Source: Octopus vulgaris | Lineage: Eukaryota | Assembly (NCBI GenBank): GCA_951406725.2 | Contig: OX597816.1 | Location: 62,001-126,000 of the forward strand | Length of the DNA: 64,000 nucleotides | Direction: 5' to 3' | In this document: positions 52,232 through 64,000 of the stretch, in pieces | Layout of the letters: each line of letters starts with the position of its first letter | How positions within the stretch are numbered: position 1 is the stretch's first letter | Made by a program: the position numbers and the translations under genes | The notes under the pieces: model-generated | What the model was told of the DNA's origin: nothing | Seen by the model: only the letters and a program-made list of their open reading frames with translations | Database searches by the model: none

Positions 52232-52967
52232 TCTCTCTGCTCCTGAAAGAAAATCTAAGGATAATGTATGAAGGTGGAGTGTTGTGAAGTTACATCAGTT
52301 GGTAATCAGCTTGGAATGAAAAAAACTCTCAATCAGAAAGTGTGTGAGAGAAAGAGAGAGAGAGATGGGATTAGCTTGAAATCAATATGAAACTATATTA
52401 TATTTTAAGTTTAGATTTCCTATAAATTTTATTTGATTGGATATTTACCAGCAGAAATATTATTGTTGGATTAGCTTGTCTTCTATCAAGTGGGGTTTCT
52501 CCAACAATGTCTTTCATGCGAAACTTCAGATCTGAATTGGCAAGGAACAGGATTTAAGGCTCAATTGGAGAAGTCTTCAAAAAAATAATAACTTCAGAAC
52601 ATTTCTATGATAATTTAAATTATTCCACTTATGGAAAATGGGTATTAAGTGATGTTGATGATGATATAAATACACACACACACAGTGTATGTTTGTGTAC
52701 TTTTGAAACCCTGTTTTAGCTGCTTATTCTGTGCTTTGGTGATTTTAGTTATAGTGACACTATATATGTGTATTTGTTTATTTTTTTTTTTTTGTCAAAG
52801 CACTAGAATTCATATGGCTGGTTGCCTGGTTTCCATGGTAGAGATTACAACTTACATTTCAAACAGGATGCTGATCCTTTGCAAGGTCCAAAACCAGCAT
52901 TTTTTTCTTTTTTTTTGAGGAGAAGAGGCAAGCTGATTGCATTAACCCCAGTACTTGACTGATTTCA

Positions 52968-54640
52968 AAAGCAATTAAGGATATGAAGACAAGGAAAGCT
53001 TCCAGCCTATCAGGAATCACCACTGTGATGCTTGAAATATCTGGTGGTGTGGGTTATGGTCTAGTCACCTGTATTGTAAAAGAGCCCTACCCAATGACTG
53101 GTGTAGCAGCATCACAGTCAACTGCTACAAAGGTAAAGGTGATGCCTTAGATTGAAATAATTACAGAGGTATCAAATTGTTAGATCAGGTGATGAAAGTC
53201 ATGAAGAGGGTCATAGCCTAACTAATCAGGGAGAGAGTTAGTCTAGACGAGATATTATATTTCTGCTAAGGCAACTGTAGGAGAAATACCTAGCCAAAGA
53301 TAAACCTCTATACTTGGCTTTTGTTTACTTGGAGAAAGCTTTTGACTGTCTCCTAGTCCATTATCTGGTCATCAATGCAGAAACTAGGGATAGTTGAGTG
53401 GTTGGTAAGAGCTGTACAAGCCTTGTACAGGGACGCTACCAGTAAGGTGAGGGTGGGCAGTGAGTACAGCAAAGAATTCAGAGTACACATAGGGGTTCAC
53501 TAAGGATCAGTGCTCAGTCCCCTCTTGTTCAGCATAGTCTTCTAGGCAATAACAAAGGAATTTAAGACAGGATGCTTCTGGGAGCTCCTCTATGCTGATG
53601 ACCTTGCTCTTATAGCTGAATCATTACCTGAGTTAGAGAAGTTCCAGGTATGGAAACAAAGTCTAGAATTAAAGGGCCTTAGAGTTAACCTAGCAAAAAC
53701 CAAAGCCATAGTAAGTAAGAAGGCAGACAAATCACAAATCTCCTCAGGTAGATGGTCCTGCTCAATCTGTAGAATAGGGGTAGGTAGAAACTCCATAAGA
53801 TTACCCTGTGTAAGCTTTGGACACACACGGTGCAGCAACATCAAAAGAAGGTTAACAAAGAAACTAACTTTTGTATGTAGAAGGTACACAAGCTTAATAA
53901 ATGCTGAATATGTGCAGAAAATAGACTCCATCAACTGCAAGGGGCCAAGCTAGAGGTAGTAGATAGCTTCCAGTATCAAGGCAACCAGATTAATAATGGA
54001 GGTGGTTGTTCTGAGAGTGTAGCTGTGAGAATAAGATTAGGCTGGTCAAAATTCAGAGAGCTCCTACCCCTGCTGGTAACAAAGGTCCTCTCTCTCTCTC
54101 TTGTGAAAGACAGATTGTTTGATGCTTGGGTGCAAACAGATATGCTGCATGGCAGTGAAACATGGGCTATAACAGCCGAGGACACGTGTAGAGAAATGAA
54201 GCCAGTATGCTTTGTTGGATGTGTAATGTCAGTGTGCATGTTTGACAGTGTAAGCATCTTGAGAGAAAAGTTAGGCATAAGAGGAATTAGATGTGGTGTG
54301 CAAGAGAGACGACAGTGCTGGTATGGTCATGTGATGCATATGCACGAGGATAGTTATGTAAAGAAGTGCCAGTCTCTAACTGTGGATGGAACCTGTGGTA
54401 AAGGTAGACCCAGGAAGACATGGGACGAGGTGGTGAAGCATGACATTCGAACTTTGAACCTCACAGATGCGATGTGCTCTGCTTAAGAGGAGCTGTCAAG
54501 TCAAGTACACCCATGCTGGTGGCATGTAAAAAAAAATCAACCTTTGAATGTTGGGCCTGATGGCGCCTAAGTGACTGAGTACCTTTCAAGCATTGGGCCT
54601 CATGGAGGCAAAGTGGCTGAGTTCCTTTCAAGTGTTGGGC
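52968..54640 (+). mobile_element. Decayed RTE copy
   Basis: KAIKDMKT, PNDWCSS, LLYADD, a degenerate PHD insert and ORF 54025-54486. Confidence 0.88.
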
Positions 54641-54794
54641 CTCTAATAATGCATATGTGGCGGCCGTCTACACCTTCTTGCAGCCATTGGCACGCTGCTG
54701 GTAACACATGTCCTCTCTCACTAGCAGCCACCCTGCACCTTATTGTGGCCATTGGCATGCTGCTGATTGCACACTTCGTCACTTGCTAGATATA

Positions 54795-56080
54795 CGAGGG
54801 ACGTTCAATAAGTAATGCATCTGACCCACTTGCTGTTGTTTGATCTAGCTGAAATTTTGCATGTGCAATCATTTATATCTCTATAGAGTAAGTGGCAAAT
54901 TACAGCTCTGAATTATTTGTGGTTTCTGATTTACAGGTGTTTGAACCGAGTCAAGTGTGAAAGGAGCCTGTTGAGTGTCGAGCAGTGATCCGGTTTTTGT
55001 ATTTGAAAGGACGCACACCACAGGAGACTTTTGATGAAATGAAAGTAACTTATGGTGATGATGTCCCATCATATGACCTTGTAAAACGCTGGCATTGTGA
55101 ATTCAAACATAGTCAGAACTCTGTGGAAACAGCTCCCAGATCTGGTCAACCCCCTTCTGTCATTGATGAGGCATCTGTCCGTCAAGTTGAGGCTGCCATT
55201 TTGGAAGATCGACGCATAATTATTCGCCAAATAGCCCATGAGGTCAAGATTAGTACCGGGTCTGTGGAAACTATCATTCATGACCATTTGCATATGCAAA
55301 AGGTGTCTGCCAGATGGATTCCCTGGTTGCTCATGCCTTTCCAGAAGCAAGAACGCGTCGAGTGCTCGAGGGTGAATTTGGAGATGTGCCAAGATGAGTC
55401 AAAATTTTTCAAATGACTGATTACACAGGATGAAACCTGGGTCCATCACGATGATCCAGAGACCAAAGCCCAGTCAATGCAGTGGAAGCACCGTGACTCA
55501 CCCCCTCCAAAGAAGGCAAGGGTGCAGCCCTCCGCTGACAAGGTCATGCTCACAGTCTTCTGGGACCAGGACGGAGTAGTGATGACAGATTTCCTGGCAA
55601 AGGGTACCACAATTGCAGGAGCCTATTATGCTTCACTTTTGAGGAAATTAAGAGAAGTTATCAAAATCAAGAGGCGGGCAAGATCAGCAAAGGCATCCTC
55701 CTCCTGCAGGACAACGCTCCAGTCCACAACTCGCTTGTCGCCAGATCAGAAGCACAGGCGTATGGCTATGAACTCCTCCCCATCCCCTCTACTTTCCTGA
55801 CCTTGCACCCTCTGATTTTCACCTCTTCCCAATCATGAAGTTGTTTTTGAAAGGAAAGCGTTTCCCAGATGATGCAGCCTTGATTTCTGAAGTCACGTTG
55901 AGGTTGGAGGACCAAGCTGGGTTCTTCTACAAAAACGGTCTCCAGAGCCGCATCAAACGATGGGAGAAATGCGTAACTCTGAGTGGTTCCTATGTAGAAA
56001 AAGACTAATAACTGTGCCAAGTTTCGTTGCTCTACTGCTATGGGAATGGGTCAGGGGCATTACTTATTGAACACCCCTCG
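54795..56080 (+). mobile_element. Near-complete mariner (irritans/Hsmar2-like), 1286 bp, TA TSD
   Basis: TIRs CGAGGGACGTTCAATAAGTAATGC / GCATTACTTATTGAACACCCCTCG flanked by TA. The transposase has ARWIP, ITQDETWV, LLQDNA and PDLAPSDFHLF, with a stop at 55414 and a frameshift near 55675. Confidence 0.95.
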
Positions 56081-56358
56081 TATATATATATATATAATAG
56101 TGTGGGTGGGTGTTTTTGTATAGAATCTTCACTCAATAAGATCTACGATTCTACTCTAGTGTTTACAATGTAGAATTCCTGTACTACTATTTTCTACAGC
56201 ACAGCATGAACCTTTCCTTAGAGTATGTACTTTGTGAAGAACACAATGATGCTAATTAGTAGTTAATATCCCGTATTAATTATTCTAGCTTTTTAATCTT
56301 TATTTCCAGTTGAATTTGGTGGAGAGAATTTGTAATGTTACACAAGCCAGGCTATACA

Positions 56359-56394
<36 letters not shown>

Positions 56395-56636
56395 CAGCCC
56401 AATAACTTATTTAGAGAGTGAAATTTTACTTTTGTATGCTTATTTTTTAGAGAAATATCACTTCACCCTTGATCTCCTCCACCTCTGCTTCATTTGTACC
56501 TGTCTGAGTTGACTGATTAGAGTGTTTTATTTGTAATTATAGGATATAGTCTTATTAGTGAAGCATGCTACTTGGAAACTGATTTCTGTTTTGATGTTAT
56601 TTATTTTTTTAATTGAAATGTTAATCTAATCGAATA

Positions 56637-56990
56637 GGGAGAACTTGCCACTGCCAACTTGCTGCCGACTCAATGTCAGTACAACTCAACACCAGGAAAA
56701 TTGCTTAATAGATAATTTATTCCTTTTGTAACTTTAATTCATTTTATAATATTATCAGAAATTTATAAGATACCTATATTGGGAGACCAAATCGACGTGG
56801 AAATAGTAGAAGACTGGACAAATAACCATGCTGAAGCAGCAAGTAGAAGACTCCAAACAGAGCTGGGAATGGAGCACCCCACAATATGCAGATTTATAAA
56901 TGGGCTACATAAGGTGCAAATAAACAAATGCATTTTTTGAGCAACTGATTGGAAGTCATCGCTCTCCTCCTAAACTGAAGAAGTATTCCT
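56637..56990 (+). mobile_element. MULE/Mutator-like transposase remnant
   Basis: DTYIGR..TNNHAEAASRRLQTELGMEHPTICRFINGL resembles the MULE C-terminal RTNN..E..H..HP.IW.F motif. A candidate TIR start GGGAGAACTTGCCAC lies at 56637. Confidence 0.6.
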
Positions 56991-59900
56991 GTGATCATTT
57001 GGTAACAGACGTCATAATAATTGTTCTTGCTGTTAACCTACCGTCATTCAAACATGTTAGAACTGTTAAGGTTCTTGCCTCTACGGGGTCGGGGGTGGGG
57101 AGTGAGGAAGTATTGTATATGAAAGTGTTTGGGGTGTTGTAAATATAAGTGTTATGAGCATTGTGGGTGTAAGCATTACTGATGCTGCAGATATAAATGT
57201 AAAAAAAAAAATGAAAGAAAAAAAGAGGGTAAGTGGGCTGCTATCTGGTTTAGTTACTCCAGAGATGGTGGGGGGAGAGAAAGGAGAGAGCGGCAAGAGT
57301 ACCAATAGAAGAGGAGAGAGGGGAAGGGCAACTGGATGTCCGGTAAGAGAAAGAAATTTCTAGTATTGGTGGTGGGGTTGGGAAAGGGTGGGCGCAACCA
57401 CTGACATGTAAAGTCATTTTAAGGGGTAGAGCAAACAAGAAAGAATTATTTTAGAGAAAAGTATGAAATATGTATTTACATGTAGCCGAGAAACAAGGTT
57501 AGTCACGGTAGGGTTCGAACAAACAAGAAAGAATTATTTTAGAGAATAGGTGAGTTTGAATGAATGAGGCAATTAAAAACGAGGAATTCTTAGCTGTGCA
57601 TGTTTTCAAGTGTCGTCAAACGGCCAAACACATGGAATAAACTAACGAAAGTCTGAGAGGGATGGGGGGAACAGATGTGGAGGCAAATTTTTCTCATTAA
57701 ATATTTGCCAAGAAATTTGTCTTTTTTTTTTATTTATAGCTGTCTTTTTTTTTTTAAGTTTGTCAATTTTAACCCTATCAGCCATGAGGGTGGGGAGATA
57801 ACTAGTGTCTTAGATTTGAGCTCTCCCACCAGAACACACACAACACAAAAACACACATGTCAGAAACACTTAAACAGGAATTAGCAATCTGTGAATCTAA
57901 AATACCAAATATTGCTTTACCATTCTCATCAGGCTGACTGAGAACAACACCACCGTCCTCATTTTTGTGAGAGACCATCATTACTTTCCACTTGCAAGCT
58001 TTCATCTTTAAGAGGAGATGGGTTTAATTGAAATTTCATTGATCTTCATGAGAATCTTCTATAGTTTCTTGTATCTCCTCTGCTGTAAACACTCTATCCC
58101 TTGGAACTGTCAAGGTATGGTGAGCTTCATGGTTGAAAAAAATCATAAAGAAATTACTTGAAATAATACCTAAAATAGTCGTGAACAGCCATTTGCAAGC
58201 AACTGCTTAATTCTGCACTGACAACCTACTTTTATTCTGATTGAATGATCTTTCAGTTGCTCTTGCACAAAGTCTTTTCTGTTTCTCTAAATTCATTTGC
58301 TGTCTTTACATTTTTATTGTTCTCTTACCAGCAGTTGTTTAACCAACTCCAGTATTGAAGTCCTCTGTTATATCTCTCAATCCTCTCAAGTTATCATCTT
58401 GACAGACTTTAATGCATGCAAATCTTGGCTCTTGCATTCCTCTCACCTCAAAACTAGCGGCACAGTCTGAATCAATCTCTTTTCTGAACTGTCTGCTGTG
58501 GCTAGTCTCCTCCCTACACATATATATCTAAACAAAAATCAGAGAGTATATGTTTTTTATGGGGTGGGGGGAGGTTATGGCCTTTTGTAAACTCTAATTA
58601 GTAAATATAATTTGAGAAAATGTGCTGCAAAGTGTTAGTCAAAACTTGAGACAGTTGTGAAATTAGAAAGTTGAGTCATGTAGAAGTCTCTCTATCAAAC
58701 ATTTCTCTTTCTTTCTCGAATCCTCCAAACAATAAAGGGTTTGGGAATCTGCAACTGTTGTTTGGGAGACTAGAAACAGTTTTTAAAGAAAATTGTTTAG
58801 CATAATTTATAGAAAATTTCTTATAAGCATACTTATGATGTGACTTCTGATATTACGATGAATAAAGAGATTCCAACCTAAACTAGTATGGAAAAAATTG
58901 TTGGTTAAAATATTTAAAAATTTTAATCCATTTTTATTTTTAAAGAAAAAGCAGAAAACAAAAAAAAAAAAAAAACTTTTTGTTTGCAGAAAAATTATTT
59001 GAAAATTTTCTATCAACAATCAAATTATTTATAAATGAAATCATTAATAAATATTGAAAATCTACTAACAAATTGTTGATAAATATTGAAAGTCTGTTCT
59101 TTAGTTTTCCAATAACATCAGTGTAGAAAACTAAATAACAATATCTATAATTGTCATCATCATCATCATCATGTCTATTTTCCATTCTGACATTGGTTGG
59201 ATGGTTTGAGAAAGGCTTGTGAACCAGAGAACTGGTTTCTATCACTAGATGCCTTTCTTATAGCACCCACCTTTTTACAGAGTGCACTGGGTGCTTTTTA
59301 TTTGGCACCAGCACCACTGTAGTCACCAGGTAATTTGTACAACAAGACCTTTCTCAAATGAAGGAGAACTAGTATTCAGGGAGGTGTTTTATGTCAGGTG
59401 ACGAGAGATTAAAGTATGATAGAAGGTCAGAAACAAGTGTCTTGTGGTGGGAGATGATTCATGGCTACCCCAGTTGGAAGAGAAAGATGGTAGTGAAGAT
59501 GTTCCGGGGTATGCCCTCAAGTTATAGGAAGGTGAGCAACAGAGAAATGGTGTGAATGGATGAGTTCTTGGAAGTGTGAAAGGTTCATGACAGAGATAAT
59601 ATCAATATAGAAAACTAAATATTTGCAGAGTTGAATGGTTACTCTCAGGTTATGATTTTTTTAAAAGCAACTTTTTCCTTATCTTTTAAAAGTATAGCAT
59701 TTTATTTTGTTGTTTCTAATTTATAGGAACTTATCACAATAATGGTTTTAAATTTTGGCACAAAGTCAGTAATTTCGGGGAAGGAGATAAGTTGAATACA
59801 TCGACCCCAGGACTGATCAACCCTGAAAGGATACGTCAACCTTGGCGGAATTTAATCTCATGTAAAGACAGACTAAATGCCACTAAGCATTTTGTCTGGT

Positions 59901-60739
59901 GTGTTAATGACTGTCAGTTCACTGCCTTGGAAATTATTACAATAATAATGAGATTTCATTATAACTCTAACGCATACTCCTCTGTAAATATGAATTTCAC
60001 AATGCATTAAAAAAAATTACACATTTGATTTCCTACAAAGTGAACTCTCTCAGAAGTACAATTCAATATAGAATGGAGATTGGTTTGTCCTTCATAGAAC
60101 AGTTGAACATGTTTGATAATATGAAAACTATGTTGTCTCAAAAGTAAAAGTGGAACAGCTTATCGATCCTTTATCAACATTTGTTTTATTAACAATTGTA
60201 TGTATTGATTATTGTGATTTTCCTTCATTTGCTAACTGGGAAAACCAGATGTATATTATTAGCATATGTTTTTTTTTTTGCTTTTAAAGTTGCTAGCCAT
60301 TATGTAAGGCTTTCAGGAGTCACTTGGAATTAATATTTCCCTGCAGGGGAGGAAGGTGGGTTAGGTTTTTCAGCTACACATTGATAACAAGAATAATGTG
60401 TAGTATTTATATAAATAAATAAAATTCTTTTCATTAGTTTGAGTGTGTTTTTACATTAATAAGGCTATACTTTCAGATTGCACTCTCATCTGGAATCAAT
60501 GAATGTCAGTTCAATTTTTCTTTACTGAGTCTGGAGGATGGGGCAGTGCCCATGAGTTCTGCAGGTTCTCTGAGACGGGTGGGATTGATGCTTTTAAATG
60601 TTCCATTTAAACTGTTGCAGGTCCTGCAGGAAAGACATGAGCAGGAAGATTCTTGATGGGAAAGAGGCTGGCTACAGCAAAGGCAATGAGAGATGGAGAG
60701 AGATGTAGGTTGGGGGTGACTGAGTAATGGTGGTATGAG

Positions 60740-63202
60740 ATCACCTAACTCCAATGAGCAGAGACCACTGTTGCAATGATAGAAAAGACAGGGAGAGAAA
60801 GAAGACAGCACTCCTGTTGGCCAGAAGATGGAATGTGTTTATTAGCTTTGAAGATGTGAACCTCTGCTTCACAAATAATGCAGCATTCATCCATAATGTT
60901 AAGGTGACACCAGCAATTTTCTCAGACCATGACATAATAGAACAATTATAGTAGTGTCTGCAGAAAACTAGACATGCAGGCTACTATAAAAGGGACCAGG
61001 ACACTATGCTGGTTCTATGAAGGGCATTTGTACTCAGCTCCTCTTCAGCCTGAACCTTCCCAAAGCTGATTGGAAGGATATTGAGAAAGAGGTCATGAAA
61101 CAAAACTGGCCAACCAGTCTCTCTATGCAAGATATTGACATAAAGCTGCAGCAGTATGATAATCATGCATGACATATGCAGTAAGTTGTGCTTCAGAGAG
61201 AATGCCAAACCAACAGAAAAATATAATTCCCTGGATCAGGATGATTCTAATGAGACGACAAGCAAAACTCTGAAACCATCTAAATGGGCCACAAAAGGAT
61301 AACAAACAATCCTATCTCAAACATTGCTTGAGATAGAAAATGAACTCAAACACTCCCATGAAAAAGAAAGGGCTGAAGAAGCCAGAACTGTCAAAAATAT
61401 TAAGATGAACCATGCAAAAGAGTCTGCTTCAGTACAATACAAGATAGGGCCACTGTTTGAAGAAAATGGCTTGACAACTGCAGACCCCCAGAGGATCAGG
61501 GAAATACAGAATGTGCAATACAAGAGCTTTCAATGGGGCACCTGCAAGTAGCTATGCCTGATGTGTTCTTTGGCACCACAGCTCTACACAAAGAAACGGC
61601 GATTATTGATAGCATCAAAATAGAGGAAACATGTAATATCAGCCATTGATGAAATGAGCTCAAACTCAGCTATAGGCCCTGATGGATTCTCAGCAACTGT
61701 CCTAAAAAAATGCAAAAAGGTTCTCGTCCAGAGCTCCCCTGCAACTGTGAGACTTTCCAAAAAGTTAAAGAATAGCATAATATGTCAGAGCAGATGCTAA
61801 AAATTATGGACTTATCTCTCTAACCTTCCATGTCAGCAAAGTCATGGAATAGATTGTCAGGACGAAACTGGTTGCATTCCTTGAAGATAATGACTTGCTC
61901 CCTGACACTCAGCATGGTTTCCACTCAGGAAGAAGCACTGCCTTACACAGCATTTGCAGCATTATGACTGGGTGTTAAAACAACAAATGAATCATTCAAA
62001 TATGGATGTAATATATCTCAATTTTGCAAAGGCCTTTAAGGTGGATCATAGAAGATGTCACAAGTCATGGAAACTTGGCATAGCTGGGAAACTGGAAAAC
62101 TGGTTGCATGACTTAAAAGACAGAAGCCAGGTTGTGGAAGCAATGGGGCCCTCTCCAAGGAGACAGTAATAGAGAGTGGAGTGCCTTAGGTAAATGTATT
62201 GGGGCTACTGTTGTTCATGGTGGCTCTTTCAGATGTACCATCAGTTTGACAGCTACACTAACTAGCTATGCTGATGATACAAAAGTAGTACAAGCAGTCA
62301 AAGGACCTTCTGGTGTTAATCTTCTACAGATAGACCCAGATGCCATATATAAATGGGGTGAAGAAAACAACATGCAATTTAATGTAGGTAAACACCAAGT
62401 CCTCCACTACCAGCTAATAGGTGCTCACAAGCTGCAACAATCATACTTTGGACCAAAAGTAGTGGCAATCCCAGAGTCATATACAGTGTGTTATCTGGGG
62501 ATTGATATGAACAATGATGCCTCATTTCATGTGCCGCCAAGATGTTGACAGTATGCAGGCAAACGGCCAGGTAAATTCTGAGAACCTTCAGAATAAGGGA
62601 CCAGGACACTATGCTGGTTCTATGAAGGACATTTGTACTCAGCTATCTGGATTACTGCTCTCAACTGTGGTCACCCTACAGAACTTGAAATAGTTCAGCA
62701 GTGTTACACCAGGAAGATTGCATTGCTACTGGGAGATACTGAAAGAACTACTATTCAACTCCCTGGAACAAAGATGGGAGAGGTATGCAGTGATGTATGT
62801 ATGGAAGATCCTGGAAGAGTTGTCGCCAAACTTTGCTATCAAGAGCTATACCAGACTCTGAACTGGACATTACTGCACTGTCCAAATGTCTCAGCTATCC
62901 ATGTGAAGCCCATGTACTGCAATAGCTTGGGATTCAAGGACCCACTACTATTTAACGCTTTCCAAAACATCTGAGTGATCTTTATGGAATAGGGATAGAT
63001 GTTTTCAAGAAACAGCTTGACTTTCTGCTATCCAAGGTCACAGATGAACCTATATCGAGGCAAGAGACTCAAAAATGGGCAGCAGTGTCAAACTCCCTCC
63101 TTCACCAAAAGCCAATCAAATAAAATTGGCCATTGAAAAGTGATTACACTGGTGGTGCTCCAGCATGGCCACAGTCTTAGAGCTGAAACGTATAAAAGAA
63201 TA
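60740..63202 (+). mobile_element. Heavily decayed CR1/L2-group LINE (same family as 8411-9760)
   Basis: APE tail LCFTNN..FSDHDII, GPDGF, QHGF, QHYDWVL, SYADD and LDYCSQLWSP. The 3' tail is GGTGGTGCTCCAGCATGGCCACAG..CTGAAACGTATAAAAGA. Confidence 0.85.
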
Positions 63203-63207
63203 TATAT

Positions 63208-63494
63208 CTTCATCATTTAACATCTGCATCTATGCTGGCATGGGTTAGATGGTTTGACTGGAATTTGTAAGCCAGAGAGCTGCACCAGGTTCCAGTCTGA
63301 TTTGGCATGGTTTCTATGGCTGGACACCCTTCCTAATGGCAACCACTCCAAGTGTGTAATGGGTGCTTTTTACATGCCACCAGCATGGCTGCCGTTTACA
63401 GGGCACTGGCAATGGCCATGACTACGGTTTCACAGGTGCCATTTACATAACATTGTCAATAGCCACAATGACAATTTCACTTGGCTTGATGAAG

Positions 63495-63495
<1 letters not shown>
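63208..63495 (-). mobile_element. RTE 3' UTR/tail fragment
   Basis: CATCATTTAAC..GCATGGGTTAGATGG..CCCTTCCTAA..GGGTGCTTTTTACATGCCACC is the antisense RTE tail. Confidence 0.8.
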
Positions 63496-63526
<31 letters not shown>

Positions 63527-64000
63527 CCAAGTTTTGGAGTTCTTTCTCTATTCCATATCAACTTGAGCTTCAGTGAATGAATCACGACAAAATCTTAAGG
63601 ACTAGATGTTTATTGTTGACAGCTGCACCAAAGAACTTCTTTTTCCATGCTATCATTATTCCCTATCATTTTAAGGTTGCCATTCCCTATCACATGAAGG
63701 TTGTTGCTATTCTCTATCACTTTGAAGTTTATTAGAAACTCTGAAAATAACACATGAAACTGTTAAAATGATTTTCCTGTATCATTTGCAGGAAAACCTA
63801 TTTGGTGTGGTGGGTTCATGTTTATTTCAAATATTTTTATATCTCACAATCTCGTTTCATAGCTACAGTTCCTTCTTTATGTAGATAAAATATCTTGTTT
63901 ATTCTCATCAGATATGATTAGATTGGTTGTTATCTTTATGATTAAATAGCATGTTTCTGGAACACGCATAAAATTCAAGTGAAACTATTTGTTTTTTTCT

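Noticed and set aside
56310-56331. Possible DENND5 microexon (..CCAG|TTGAATTTGGTGGAGAGAATTT|GTAATG, GENL-like)
   Set aside because: At 22 nt it is not frame-preserving, the donor is weak, and the similarity is too short to be meaningful.

Overview
AT-rich, repeat-dominated animal genomic DNA. The SINE and RTE families and the (TA)n/(TATG)n landscape look like a coleoid cephalopod, most likely Octopus; this is my recognition, not a database result. The only host gene I can support is the first coding exon of a DENND5 (Rab6IP1-like) gene at 31972-32065 (+). It is preceded by a CpG-richer leader, a CTCF-like motif and a 1.2-kb purine tract, and followed by an intron that apparently runs past the window end (>31 kb). 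The rest is decayed or nested mobile DNA: CR1/L2-type LINEs (one split by an RTE insertion with a 9-bp TSD), many copies of one RTE family, tRNA-derived SINEs, Helitrons (including a head-to-tail junction), two mariners, a Merlin-like MITE, a MULE fragment and foldback palindromes. The most interesting signals are a C4HC3 PHD-like finger inserted within the RT of the dominant RTE family, a 66-bp tandem unit in its 3' UTR that can fold as a loop-loop pseudoknot with compensatory changes, one SINE head paired with two different LINE tails, and a probable 1.85-kb inversion breaking an RTE at its YADD motif. There is no prokaryotic-type system here, and most short ORFs in the track are noise from repeats.
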